Source: Candidatus Omnitrophota bacterium
GTDB lineage: Bacteria > Omnitrophota > Omnitrophia > Omnitrophales > Aquincolibacteriaceae
Assembly (NCBI GenBank): GCA_043803685.1
Contig: JAZDJU010000085.1
Location: 1 to 44,108, forward strand
Reading direction: 5' to 3'
DNA: 44,108 nucleotides
The notes under the pieces were generated by a model. The model had not been told where the DNA came from, searched no databases, and saw only the letters and a list, made by a program, of their open reading frames with translations. Shown one piece after another: positions 17,501 through 26,521 of the stretch. Every line of letters begins with the position of its first letter. Position 1 is the stretch's first letter. Both the position numbers and the translations under genes were made by a program.

Positions 17501-18175
17501 TTAATGTTTATTCCCTGATCCCTTCCGGACAGCCCGCTTTCCGAACGGGCAAAGATCCCGGATCTCGCAATGGGGACAGTCTGGCCGGCGAGCCAGGCAA
17601 CGTGCGCGACCGTGATGAATGATGCGATGCGAGTAGAGCGTCCAGTTTCTTTTAGGAAGCAGCTCCATCAGATCGAGCTCGATCTTCACAGGATCCATGT
17701 GGCGCGTCAACTCCAGCAAACGATTGATGCGGATCATGTGCGTATCAACCGGGATCCCCGGAACACCAAAAGCATTCCCCAGGATGACATTAGCGGTCTT
17801 CCGTCCCACGCCCGGGATCGTGATAAGGTCTTCCATGCGGGCCGGAACTTCCCCGCCCCATCTTTCGAGGATCACTTGGGCCGCGCCAAGAATACTCCGG
17901 GTCTTGTTGCGGAAAAAACCCGTGCTCCGGATCGCCTTTTCGACCTCCCCGGGATCCGCGGCCGCAAAGACCTGCACACTCGGATATTCCTTGAAAAGGG
18001 ACGGCGTGACCTGGTTCACGCACTTGTCCGTACATTGCGCGGAAAGCACCGTCGCAACAAGAAGTTCCCAAGGCGTCCTGAAAAAAAGAGCGCATTGAGC
18101 CTCCGGATAGGCTCGACGCAACCTCCGGAAAATCGCTCCCGCGCGGTTCTTTTTATCGATCAAGGTTTCTCTCAT
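17501..18175 (-). CDS. nth: Endonuclease III
   Basis: LSAQCTD, IPGVGRKTANV, VDTH and C-x6-C-x2-C-x5-C FeS motif; probable start MRETL at 18175. Confidence 0.95.
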   Translation of the reverse strand: MRETLIDKKNRAGAIFRRLRRAYPEAQCALFFRTPWELLVATVLSAQCTDKCVNQVTPSLFKEYPSVQVFAAADPGEVEKAIRSTGFFRNKTRSILGAAQVILERWGGEVPARMEDLITIPGVGRKTANVILGNAFGVPGIPVDTHMIRINRLLELTRHMDPVKIELDLMELLPKRNWTLYSHRIIHHGRARCLARRPDCPHCEIRDLCPFGKRAVRKGSGNKH

Positions 18176-18268
18176 AAGAAGCTCTATATTATCATGCGAA
18201 GTCGCCGTTTCGCTCGCATTGTCCTTTTTCCACATTTCCAGTATACTCCGCAAAAAGGGAGAATTTTT

Positions 18269-19306
18269 ATGTCAAAAATGAAAGCGATCGTTTTTAAAAA
18301 GCACGGCACCACCGCGGAACTCGAAGAAACTTACGTCCCTATCCCCGAACTCGGGAAAAAAGACGTCCTCGTCAAGGTCAAGGCCTGTGCGGTGAACCAT
18401 CTGGACCTCTGGACGCTCGCGGGCCTGCCGAACGTCAAGGTCAACATGCCGCATATCCTCGGTTCGGATATCTCGGGCGAGGTGGTGGAAAAAGGAAAGA
18501 AAGCCCACGGCGTTCCGTTGCACAAGCCCGTGATCGTCGCTCCCGGAATTTCCTGCGGCAAATGCGCCTACTGCAAATCCGGCTGGGACAGTCTTTGCGC
18601 CCATTATGAGATCGTGGGATTCCAGCATAACGGCGGATTCGCGGAATACGTCAAAGTCCCCGCTCGGAACATCATTCCTGTCATCGGGGATCTCGGCATG
18701 GAATCCTGGGCCGCGGTACCGCTCGTATTCCTGACGGCCTGGCACATCCTTGTCACGCGGGCGATGCTCCAAAAGAAAGAAACGGTGCTTATCCAGGCGG
18801 GCGGAAGCGGGATCGGCAGCGCGGCGATCCAGATCGCCAAACTTCTCGGAGCCAGGGTGATCACCACGGTGGGAAGCGAGGAGAAGGTCAAACGCGCCAA
18901 AGCGCTCGGCGCGGACACGGTCATCAATTACAAACTGAAGGACTTCCAGACCGAGGTCATGCGCCTGACCCAGAGTCAGGGTGTGGATATTGTTTTCGAA
19001 CACATCGGAGGCCCTACGTTCACCAAAAGCGTCCTGTGTCTCAAGAAAAAAGGCCGGATCGTGACCTGCGGCGCCACGGCAGGCCGCAGCGTCAGCTTCG
19101 ACCTGCGTTATCTCTACACGCACCAGATCTCCGTCATCGGGTCCTACATGGGCGGCATCGCGGAACTCCAGCGCATCGTCCGGCGTATCCAGGACGGCCG
19201 TCTGCGTCCCGTGATCGACCAGGTGTTCCCACTGCGCGAAGCGCGCCGGGCATTGAATCGTATGGCCTCCCGGGAGAACTTCGGGAAGATCATTTTAAAA
19301 CCTTAA
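18269..19306 (+). CDS. Zinc-binding alcohol dehydrogenase / quinone oxidoreductase (MDR family)
   Basis: Probable start MSKMKAIVF at 18269 after AGGGAG; NHLD, CGKCAYC...C structural Zn site, GGSGIG and FGKIIL motifs. Confidence 0.9.
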   Translation: MSKMKAIVFKKHGTTAELEETYVPIPELGKKDVLVKVKACAVNHLDLWTLAGLPNVKVNMPHILGSDISGEVVEKGKKAHGVPLHKPVIVAPGISCGKCAYCKSGWDSLCAHYEIVGFQHNGGFAEYVKVPARNIIPVIGDLGMESWAAVPLVFLTAWHILVTRAMLQKKETVLIQAGGSGIGSAAIQIAKLLGARVITTVGSEEKVKRAKALGADTVINYKLKDFQTEVMRLTQSQGVDIVFEHIGGPTFTKSVLCLKKKGRIVTCGATAGRSVSFDLRYLYTHQISVIGSYMGGIAELQRIVRRIQDGRLRPVIDQVFPLREARRALNRMASRENFGKIILKP

Positions 19307-19410
19307 AGACAAGAGACCTCAGACTTGAGACTGCAGACTCAAAACAAAGAAAAACCCCGGGCGTTTTCGTTTTTTAAAGTCTGTCGTCTGCGGTCTGTCG
19401 TCTGTGGTCT
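19307..19410. repeat. Mirror-oriented 7-bp periodic repeat: (AGACnnn)5 ... (GTCTnnn)5
   Basis: AGAC at 19307, 19314, 19321, 19328, 19335; GTCT at 19379, 19386, 19393, 19400, 19407. Confidence 0.8.
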
Positions 19411-19416
19411 TTTGCA

Positions 19417-20310
19417 ATGAAACATTCAAAACTCTACCTTTCAGGCATTCAGCTGATGTCCCAGAGCGCGATCTGCTTTTCGATCATGGCGCTTTGCGTC
19501 AAATACGCAAGCGACTCCCTTTCTCCGTTCCAGATCGTTTTCTTCCGGAGTTTTTTCGGTATGCTCATCACGCTTCCCTTGATCTGGCGCAAGAAAGTCT
19601 CGCTCTGGGGCAACGAACGGCTCAAGCTGACGGCGCGGGGCGTCTGCGGTTTCGGAGCGTTGATCCTTCATTTCTATACGATCGCGAAACTCGATCTCGG
19701 ACTGGCGATCATGCTCAACTACACCGCTCCCATTTTCACGGTGATCTTCTCCGTGTTCTTTCTGAAGGAACGTCCGAGTCTTTCGCTTTGTTTTCTGATC
19801 GTGCTGTCCTTCGCGGGAGTCGTTCTCCTGAATACCCGCTCTGGGGCGGCGTGGAGCCCGACCGTGTGGCTGGCACTACTTTCTTCGATCTTTGCCGCAT
19901 GTGCGTATCTGTCGATCCGGACGATCCGCCACCGGGAATCCCCTTACACCGTGATCTTTTATTTCACGCTGATCTCGACAGTGGGATCTCTTTTTTTTCT
20001 CAAAGGATGGAAGTGGCCGGACTTGGGATCTTGGGGACTCATTGCAGGCATTGTGATCTTTTCGTTCTACGGACAGGTCTGGATGACGACGGCCCTCAGG
20101 CGCGCGCCGGCTTACCTCGTCACGCCCTTCTCCTACCTTCATCCGGTACTTTCGTTCGCGTACGGATGGCTTTTATGGGGAGATGTGATCACTGGGGTCA
20201 CAGCAGCCGGTATTTTCCTAATCGTGGGAAGCGGTTCGCTTATTTCTTACTTCGAAACAAAACGCGAAAAAAAACTCCCCGCTTCCCTCTCCAGTGAGTC
20301 CAGTCTCTAA
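19417..20310 (+). CDS. DMT/EamA family transporter
   Basis: Ten TM helices in two EamA repeats; FFRS, APIF...LKER and PFSYL motifs. Confidence 0.9.
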   Translation: MKHSKLYLSGIQLMSQSAICFSIMALCVKYASDSLSPFQIVFFRSFFGMLITLPLIWRKKVSLWGNERLKLTARGVCGFGALILHFYTIAKLDLGLAIMLNYTAPIFTVIFSVFFLKERPSLSLCFLIVLSFAGVVLLNTRSGAAWSPTVWLALLSSIFAACAYLSIRTIRHRESPYTVIFYFTLISTVGSLFFLKGWKWPDLGSWGLIAGIVIFSFYGQVWMTTALRRAPAYLVTPFSYLHPVLSFAYGWLLWGDVITGVTAAGIFLIVGSGSLISYFETKREKKLPASLSSESSL

Positions 20311-21131
20311 ACTCCGGCCTCGACGCCCTCGCTATCCGATACTTTGAACGCAATGAACATATAGACCAGATTGAGCAGGAGCAGTACAACGAACGGCAGC
20401 GGCAGTTTCCGGAAGGGCGTCATGATCTGAAGCCACGTCAGGGTAAATGACACGGTCGTGGCAAAGCAGGTGAGAGAAAAAATGGCGCCATAGCGAAGCT
20501 TCTGCTTCCTCATCAGGTTGAACAGGAGTCCCACCAAGGAATAAAGAAGATTTGAGACGAGAAGGAAAAAGAAAAATAGAACGGCAATGGTCGGCGGCGC
20601 GAGAAAAAAAACAGAATTCTTGATGATCTCTAAAACGCGTCCTGCCACCTCGCCCGTGATCCGCACCTTGGCGGGAAGTTGTTTGTCGGTCCGGATCCCC
20701 GTCTTGGTAATATCCTTTCCCTCGATCAGCTGTCCGGGACCCTGTCTAAAAAAAGCTTTTGTTGCGGTTACAAGCATAGGAGCCTTTTCCATATCCGCTT
20801 CGGTAACATCGGTCTTTGTCATGTCAAAGGCGACAATGGGCCCATATTTGGGATGGACCATAAGAGCCGTGGTTTGACCGTTCTCCAGAGAGATCCCCTC
20901 AGGCGTCCAGATCACGACCGGCAAATTATGCTGGGTCCACACGATAAACTCATGGGCAACGGGCGTTATGAGCCCGAACATCAAGATCGCGGTCAATACC
21001 CCCGCAACGCCTGAAAGATAAAGGATATAAAGAGCTCCCCGTCCGCCGGACTTTTTGGCAGCATCACGATAGACGCAAGGACGAAAAAGCGCGGTGACAG
21101 GTGCGAGCCAGAATGAAATAAGATTATTCAT
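20307..21131 (-). CDS. Membrane protein, DUF1189-like
   Basis: N-terminal TM, soluble loop and three C-terminal TMs; coupled to greA. Confidence 0.55.
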   Translation of the reverse strand: MNNLISFWLAPVTALFRPCVYRDAAKKSGGRGALYILYLSGVAGVLTAILMFGLITPVAHEFIVWTQHNLPVVIWTPEGISLENGQTTALMVHPKYGPIVAFDMTKTDVTEADMEKAPMLVTATKAFFRQGPGQLIEGKDITKTGIRTDKQLPAKVRITGEVAGRVLEIIKNSVFFLAPPTIAVLFFFFLLVSNLLYSLVGLLFNLMRKQKLRYGAIFSLTCFATTVSFTLTWLQIMTPFRKLPLPFVVLLLLNLVYMFIAFKVSDSEGVEAGV

Positions 21132-21606
21132 AGCGGATCTCCATGATTTTAAGTTTGATCTTCCCTGCCGGAACTTGAATGACAGTCTCTTCGTTCAAAG
21201 CTTTCCCCAACAACCCACGGCCAATGGGCGAAGTGACCGAGATCTTCCCCTCGTCAAAATTCGCTTCATCCTGGGACACAAGCGTGTAATCAAAAACATC
21301 ACCACTCTCAAGGTTCTTCACTTTCACTTGAGCGCTTAAATAGGCCTTATCCTGGGCGATGTCCCCTTTATCAAGGATACGCGCGTTCGAAAGACGGGAT
21401 TCCAAGTGGCCGATCCGGATCTCCAACTGGTGTTTGGTTTCTTTGGCGGTCTCCCAGTCGGCATTTTCGCTCAAGTCCCCGTGCGCCCGCGCCTTCTCGA
21501 GCTGGTCCGCGACCTCGCGACGTTTTTTGGTCTTGAGGAAATTCAGCTCTTCGTAGAGTCTGTCATAACCTTGCTGCGTCAATATCACCTTGTCCGACAT
21601 GATCAT
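21124..21606 (-). CDS. greA: Transcription elongation factor GreA
   Basis: ARAHGDLSENA, KISVTSPIGRGL and VPAG motifs. Confidence 0.95.
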   Translation of the reverse strand: MIMSDKVILTQQGYDRLYEELNFLKTKKRREVADQLEKARAHGDLSENADWETAKETKHQLEIRIGHLESRLSNARILDKGDIAQDKAYLSAQVKVKNLESGDVFDYTLVSQDEANFDEGKISVTSPIGRGLLGKALNEETVIQVPAGKIKLKIMEIRYE

Positions 21607-21618
21607 AATATCCTTTGC

Positions 21619-22731
21619 TTATTTGATTTGATAAGAGCTATCCACCAAACAGGGCTTGAATCCCGCGTCCTTGATACATCGGATAAGGTCCTCAGAACTT
21701 AACCCCTCGGGGGCACGGCTTCCCGCTTCCCGCATGACATTTTCCCGAAGATTCGTCCCCCCGGCGTCATCCACGCCAAACGAAAGCGCGACCTCGACGA
21801 ACTTCAAATTCGTCGCCGCCCCGTGAGCCTTAATGTGAGGAACATTATCCAGAAGAAGCCTCGAAATGGAAAGCACTTTCAGATCCAGAAAACCGCTCGA
21901 TCCTTCGACGCCCGCGGGCGCATGTTTCCCGGGATGATACGGTAGCGGCACAAAAGCGCAAAATCCTTGCGTCTCATCCTGGAGTTCACGCAATTTGAGG
22001 AGATGCGCGACACGTTGCTGCGCAGTTTCAACATGGCCGTAGAGCATCGTAGCGTTCGTCCGTATGCCGATCTCGTGGGCGGTCCGGTGGATCTTGAGCC
22101 ATTCTTCCCCGGATATTTTCTTGGGACAAATTCTTTCCCGCACACAGGGATCAAAGATCTCAGCCCCTCCCCCCGGCATCCCGTCGAGTCCGGCCTCCTT
22201 CAGCCGGCGCAAAACATCGGCCGAGGAAAGCCCCGACTGTTTCGCCATAAAATCGATCTCGGGAGCGCTGAACGCCTTAATAAATAAGGGGTCAGACCCC
22301 TTTTCCAAAGGGGGCCTGCCCACTTTGATGTGGTGGATGCGCCGCACCATTTCTTCATAGTAGTCGAACCCAAGCTCGGGATTATGACCGCCCACGATAT
22401 GGACTTCGTTGATCTGCCACCGGTTGGTCGCCTCCCGAACCCGCTGTTCGATCTCCTCAAGCTTCAGCGTGTAGGCGTCAGGCGCACTTGCATCACGGGA
22501 AAAAGCGCAGAATTCGCAGCGGGTCGAGCAAATATTCGTGGGATTAAGATGAAGATTCCGGGCATGGAACACGCGCCGGCCATACATCCGTTCGCGGACC
22601 TGATGGGCCATCCGGCCGATCGTGAGAATATCTGTGCTTTCAAAAAGCCGCACGCCATCTTCAAAAGAAAGTCTTTTCCGATCCTGAACTTTTTGGAAAA
22701 TCTCCCGAAGAGGACTTGAAGGGCCGTTCAT
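21619..22731 (-). CDS. mqnE: CofH/MqnE family radical SAM protein (likely aminofutalosine synthase)
   Basis: TNICSTRCEFCAF, EVHIVGG, MPGGGAEIF and NATMLYGH motifs. Confidence 0.75.
   Translation of the reverse strand: MNGPSSPLREIFQKVQDRKRLSFEDGVRLFESTDILTIGRMAHQVRERMYGRRVFHARNLHLNPTNICSTRCEFCAFSRDASAPDAYTLKLEEIEQRVREATNRWQINEVHIVGGHNPELGFDYYEEMVRRIHHIKVGRPPLEKGSDPLFIKAFSAPEIDFMAKQSGLSSADVLRRLKEAGLDGMPGGGAEIFDPCVRERICPKKISGEEWLKIHRTAHEIGIRTNATMLYGHVETAQQRVAHLLKLRELQDETQGFCAFVPLPYHPGKHAPAGVEGSSGFLDLKVLSISRLLLDNVPHIKAHGAATNLKFVEVALSFGVDDAGGTNLRENVMREAGSRAPEGLSSEDLIRCIKDAGFKPCLVDSSYQIK
22286..22326. repeat. Tandem REP-like palindromes inside the mqnE reading frame
   Basis: AAGGGGTCAGACCCCTT and AAAGGGGGCCTGCCCACTTT encode KVGRPPLEKGSDPL. 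Confidence 0.65.
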
Positions 22732-22740
22732 GGACGGTCT

Positions 22741-23808
22741 TTAAGCTTTGCGCTTTTCAATTTCCTTGAAAAGCTCGTCAACAAGCTTATCTTCGTCGAC
22801 CACGCGCTCCTGTTTACCGGCCACATAGATCATGCCCTTCTTCTGGCCTCCCGTGATCGCGAAATCCGCGCCCTGCGCTTCGCCGGGACCGTTTACCGCG
22901 CATCCCATGACAGCGATCGTAAGCGGACCCTTAAGGCTCATCGCGCGCGACTCGACTTCCTGGGCAAGCTTGGCCGTATCGATCTCGGTGCGTCCGCAAG
23001 TCGGGCATGAGATCACCCGCACTCCCTGGCGGAGGTCCAAGGACTCCAGGATCATCTTGGCAACTTTGATTTCTTCCACAGGATCCGCGGTAAGTGACAC
23101 ACGGATCGTGTCCCCGATCCCTTCCTGGAGAAGCGTCCCAACTCCGATCGCGTTATAGACGCTCCCCCGAATGAGCGTCCCGGCTTCTGTAACGCCCATG
23201 TGGAGAGGATAATCAAACGCTTGGCTCGCCAGACGATAGGCCTGGATCATGGTCGGAACGTCGGTCGCCTTGAGCGAGATCACCGTGTCGTTAAAATCCA
23301 GCGCTTCCAGGATCGCCACGTGACGGCGCGCGCTTTCGACCATGGCTTCTGCCGTGGGACCGTATTTTTCCATCAGATCTTTTTCAAGCGACCCCGAATT
23401 AACTCCGATCCGGATCGGAACATGGCACCGTTTGGCCTTTTCCACGACTTCCGCCACGCGGTCTTTGTCACCGATATTCCCCGGATTCAAACGCAGTTTG
23501 TCCACACCCTCATCGATCGCCATCAGCGCGAACTTATAATTGAAATGGATATCGGCCACGAGCGGGATCTTGATCCTCGACTTGATCTTTCCGAGCACCT
23601 TTACGTCCTCTTCGCCGGGGCAAGCCACACGCACGATCTCACAACCGGCCGCGACCAGACGATCGATCTGTTCCAAAGTCGCCTCGACGTTTCGCGTCGG
23701 GACCTTGGTCATGGATTGAATGCGGATCGGCTGTCCGTTCCCGAGGATCAAATTGCCAACTTTGACCGCCCTTGTATTTTTTCTTTGGATCATATTTTCT
23801 TTTTTCAT
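22741..23808 (-). CDS. ispG: (E)-4-hydroxy-3-methylbut-2-enyl-diphosphate synthase
   Basis: IQSMT, LVADIHF, RLNPGNIG, GDTIRVSL, SCPTCGR and MGCAVNGPGEA; start 23808 overlaps the thiC stop (TAATG). Confidence 0.96.
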   Translation of the reverse strand: MKKENMIQRKNTRAVKVGNLILGNGQPIRIQSMTKVPTRNVEATLEQIDRLVAAGCEIVRVACPGEEDVKVLGKIKSRIKIPLVADIHFNYKFALMAIDEGVDKLRLNPGNIGDKDRVAEVVEKAKRCHVPIRIGVNSGSLEKDLMEKYGPTAEAMVESARRHVAILEALDFNDTVISLKATDVPTMIQAYRLASQAFDYPLHMGVTEAGTLIRGSVYNAIGVGTLLQEGIGDTIRVSLTADPVEEIKVAKMILESLDLRQGVRVISCPTCGRTEIDTAKLAQEVESRAMSLKGPLTIAVMGCAVNGPGEAQGADFAITGGQKKGMIYVAGKQERVVDEDKLVDELFKEIEKRKA

Positions 23809-25166
23809 TATTTCTTTAAAGCCTGTTTTTTCTTCCCTGTCGCTGTCAAACACTGCGAAAGGTTCATGGCGCAAAAACCTTCCCCGCACATCGAGCAATA
23901 TTCTCCGTGCCGCGCTTCGCCTTCCGGGAACCCTTCGTCATGCATCTTCCTCGCGTTCTCCGGATCGAGCGACAGGGCATACTGTTTTTCCCAATCGAAA
24001 TCAAACCGGGCTTTCGCCAGCGCGTCATCCCGTTCCCGGGCGCCGGGCCTGTGGCGCGCAACATCCGCGGCGTGCGCCGCGATCTTGTAGGCGATCACAC
24101 CTTGCTTAACGTCATCGAGATTCGGTAAACGCAGATGTTCGCATGGCGTCACGTAGCAAAGCATGGCCGCGCCCGCTTGGGCGGCGATCGCCGCGCCGAT
24201 CGCGGAGGTAATATGGTCATACCCCGGCGCAATATCTGTTACGAGCGGCCCTAACACATACAAGGGCGCGCCATGACAGACCTTGATCTGACGTTCGATA
24301 TTCATGGGAATCTGGTCCATCGGCACATGCCCGGGACCTTCCACCATCACCTGAACGTCCTGCTCCCAGGCCTTTAAGGTCAGCGCCCCGAGCGCGTCGA
24401 GCTCCGCGAATTGCGCCGCGTCGCTCGCGTCGGCAAGACACCCGGGCCGCATCCCATCTCCGAGACTGATCGTCACGTCGTATTTCTTGCAGATCTCAAG
24501 AAGCTGATCAAAATGCGTAAAGAGAAAATTCTGCTTCTGGTGGGACTTGCACCACCGCGCGAGGATCGCGCCGCCGCGACTCACCACACCGGTCACCCGG
24601 CCTTCGATCAGAGACAGATGTTCCAACAAAACCCCCGCGTGGATCGTCATGAAATCCACACCCTGCCGGGCCTGGTGTTCAATGACTTCGAACATGATCT
24701 CGGGCGTCAACGCTTCCGGTTTGCCGTGGACCCGTTCCAACGCTTCGTAGATCGGGACCGTCCCCACCGGCACCGCTGTCGCGCGAATGATCGCTTCGCG
24801 CGTTTCATCCAGATTTTTTCCGGTCGAAAGATCCATGACGGTGTCCGCCCCGAACTTGACCGCAAGCTTCACCTTCTCCACTTCGCTCTGGATATCCGAA
24901 CCCAATGCGGAATTCCCGAGATTGGCGTTGATCTTACAGCGGACGCTGATCCCGATCCCCATCGGACGCAGTTCCCGGTGGTTCACGTTCGCGCAGATCA
25001 CAAGCCGGCCAGCCGCCACTTCCCCCCGGATAAACTCCGGTGAAAGCCTTTCATCGTCGGCCACATAACGCATCTCTTCCGTGATCATTCCCTTCCGCGC
25101 ATAATGCATCTGGGAACGATTTTCGTCTTTTTCTCTTTTCATCACCCACGAGTCTCGAAAAGCCAT
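23808..25166 (-). CDS. thiC: Phosphomethylpyrimidine synthase ThiC
   Basis: [39 protein letters not shown] and CSMCG..FC motifs. Confidence 0.95.
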   Translation of the reverse strand: MAFRDSWVMKREKDENRSQMHYARKGMITEEMRYVADDERLSPEFIRGEVAAGRLVICANVNHRELRPMGIGISVRCKINANLGNSALGSDIQSEVEKVKLAVKFGADTVMDLSTGKNLDETREAIIRATAVPVGTVPIYEALERVHGKPEALTPEIMFEVIEHQARQGVDFMTIHAGVLLEHLSLIEGRVTGVVSRGGAILARWCKSHQKQNFLFTHFDQLLEICKKYDVTISLGDGMRPGCLADASDAAQFAELDALGALTLKAWEQDVQVMVEGPGHVPMDQIPMNIERQIKVCHGAPLYVLGPLVTDIAPGYDHITSAIGAAIAAQAGAAMLCYVTPCEHLRLPNLDDVKQGVIAYKIAAHAADVARHRPGARERDDALAKARFDFDWEKQYALSLDPENARKMHDEGFPEGEARHGEYCSMCGEGFCAMNLSQCLTATGKKKQALKK

Positions 25167-25178
25167 AAACTCCTTTTT

Positions 25179-25331
25179 GCACTGTTCTCTATTTAATTTT
25201 TGGGGCTAACAGCACTTGTTCTCAAATTTAAATTTGAAGGATAACAAGTGCAGCCCAAGTCAGCTTTAATGAAAAAAATCAAGACTTGGGCCGTACTATA
25301 CCGCATACCCCTAAATTTAAATGTGATGCGG
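25179..25331. repeat. Cluster of palindromes upstream of thiC, including copy 2 of the 40-bp element
   Basis: GCACTTGTTCTC-AAATTTAAATTTGAAG-GATAACAAGTGC (25212-25251); partial direct copy at 25179; GCCCAAGTC...GACTTGGGC (25253-25291); CCGCAT...ATGCGG (25301-25331). Confidence 0.65.
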
Positions 25332-25346
25332 CATTAGATAAACTTA

Positions 25347-26378
25347 TTAAAATGCGGTTTCAATAACGCGACGATTCTGGTGCCACCAAGCATCCATGTC
25401 TTTCGGAAAATATCTGATCCCTTCCCGGCTGAACTCGCGATCCGTAGCCAATACCCGGTAAGGCCACTTCCCAATGCGATCCTGGATGCTTTTGATCAAA
25501 ACCTCAAGTTCCGCCGTCATCCCGATCTGGACCGTTGCATACAAGGAATATGGAAATTCCTCCAAAACCAGCCGCTGGTCGACGCAGGAGATTTCCTTGA
25601 ATCCCGCGATCTCGGTTCCTACCTGCTCGATCTTTTCCTCCGGGATCTGCCACACCACCAGGATCTTTTCGCTCGAAGGGATTGCAGCCTGTTTTTGAAA
25701 GATCCCGATCCTCTTAAGATATCCCTTCTCTTGCAAGGAATCCAACTGTCCCAACACTTCGGTTTCCGTAATGCCAAGATCCAGAGCGATCTTCTGGTAC
25801 GGCTCATCCGTAAACGGAAACGGCTCCTGCAATCGCCGGATCATGGCGATCGCTTCCGCGCTTAACGCCGACGTTTTCTCCGTTTGCCGCCTGAGGGAAT
25901 GTTCCCACGCGACGGAGAATATCCCCGCGTCCAAGGAATTCCAGGGATCCCTACTCTTGAATACCTTCTTCGAAGGTAAGAACAGGCCCCGCTCAACTCC
26001 CGCGATCTTTTCAAGACACCGGACGTGTAACTCAAGATCATGTTCGGCAGGCACCGCGATAAAAAACCAAAAATTAAAATCGCTATCGCGCTCGCATCCG
26101 TAAAGAACACCGGGATGTTTCCCGAAAACCTCCGAATATCGCGCGAAATCTTCATGCCGCGTCCGCGCCGCGACCCAGGCGCCTTGGTAACGGAATGCCC
26201 GAGGATCCAGAATCGCCTTGATATCCCGGAACGCTCCCTCCCTTTTAAGTCGCTGGATGCGGAGCAAGATCTCCGCGCCGCCTACCCCCGTCTTCGCGGA
26301 CAAGGCATCAAAAGGCCGTGAAGTCAAAGAGAGGCCGTTTTGGAGAAGGGTCAATAGAAGACGGTCTTTTTCATCCAT
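25347..26378 (-). CDS. Fused AhbA-AhbB/NirDL-like (siroheme decarboxylase / Lrp-AsnC family) protein, degenerate
   Basis: Two HTH plus Lrp-like halves (LLQNGLSLTSRPF; LQEPFPFTDEPY...GYLKRIG; FPYSLYAT). Confidence 0.72.
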   Translation of the reverse strand: MDEKDRLLLTLLQNGLSLTSRPFDALSAKTGVGGAEILLRIQRLKREGAFRDIKAILDPRAFRYQGAWVAARTRHEDFARYSEVFGKHPGVLYGCERDSDFNFWFFIAVPAEHDLELHVRCLEKIAGVERGLFLPSKKVFKSRDPWNSLDAGIFSVAWEHSLRRQTEKTSALSAEAIAMIRRLQEPFPFTDEPYQKIALDLGITETEVLGQLDSLQEKGYLKRIGIFQKQAAIPSSEKILVVWQIPEEKIEQVGTEIAGFKEISCVDQRLVLEEFPYSLYATVQIGMTAELEVLIKSIQDRIGKWPYRVLATDREFSREGIRYFPKDMDAWWHQNRRVIETAF

Positions 26379-26521
26379 AGGACCTATTGCTCGGTATCTC
26401 CGGAAGGTTCACTCTGCGCTCAGGGGCATGATAACCGAGGGGGCAGGATTTGTCCATGGACACCCGAGGAGGCCTTTTGAAACACCCACCCTATTTCACA
26501 CCCCGAGTGTGTGAAAAACGG

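Noticed and set aside
17570..18268. 233-aa N-terminal extension of the 578-aa dehydrogenase ORF
   Set aside because: It is antisense to nth; the MDR domain begins at 18269 behind a good SD.
19307..19410. CRISPR-like array
   Set aside because: Units are 7 bp with no spacers, and there are no cas genes.
23808..25166. BzaF/BzaAB instead of ThiC
   Set aside because: N-terminus and motifs fit ordinary ThiC, thiD is nearby and no cobalamin genes are adjacent.
26379..26521. Structured leader or riboswitch upstream of the AhbAB-like gene
   Set aside because: Only short imperfect stems (CTCGGTATC/GATAACCGAG; TTTCACAC/GTGTGAAA) and no SAM, glycine or cobalamin consensus.
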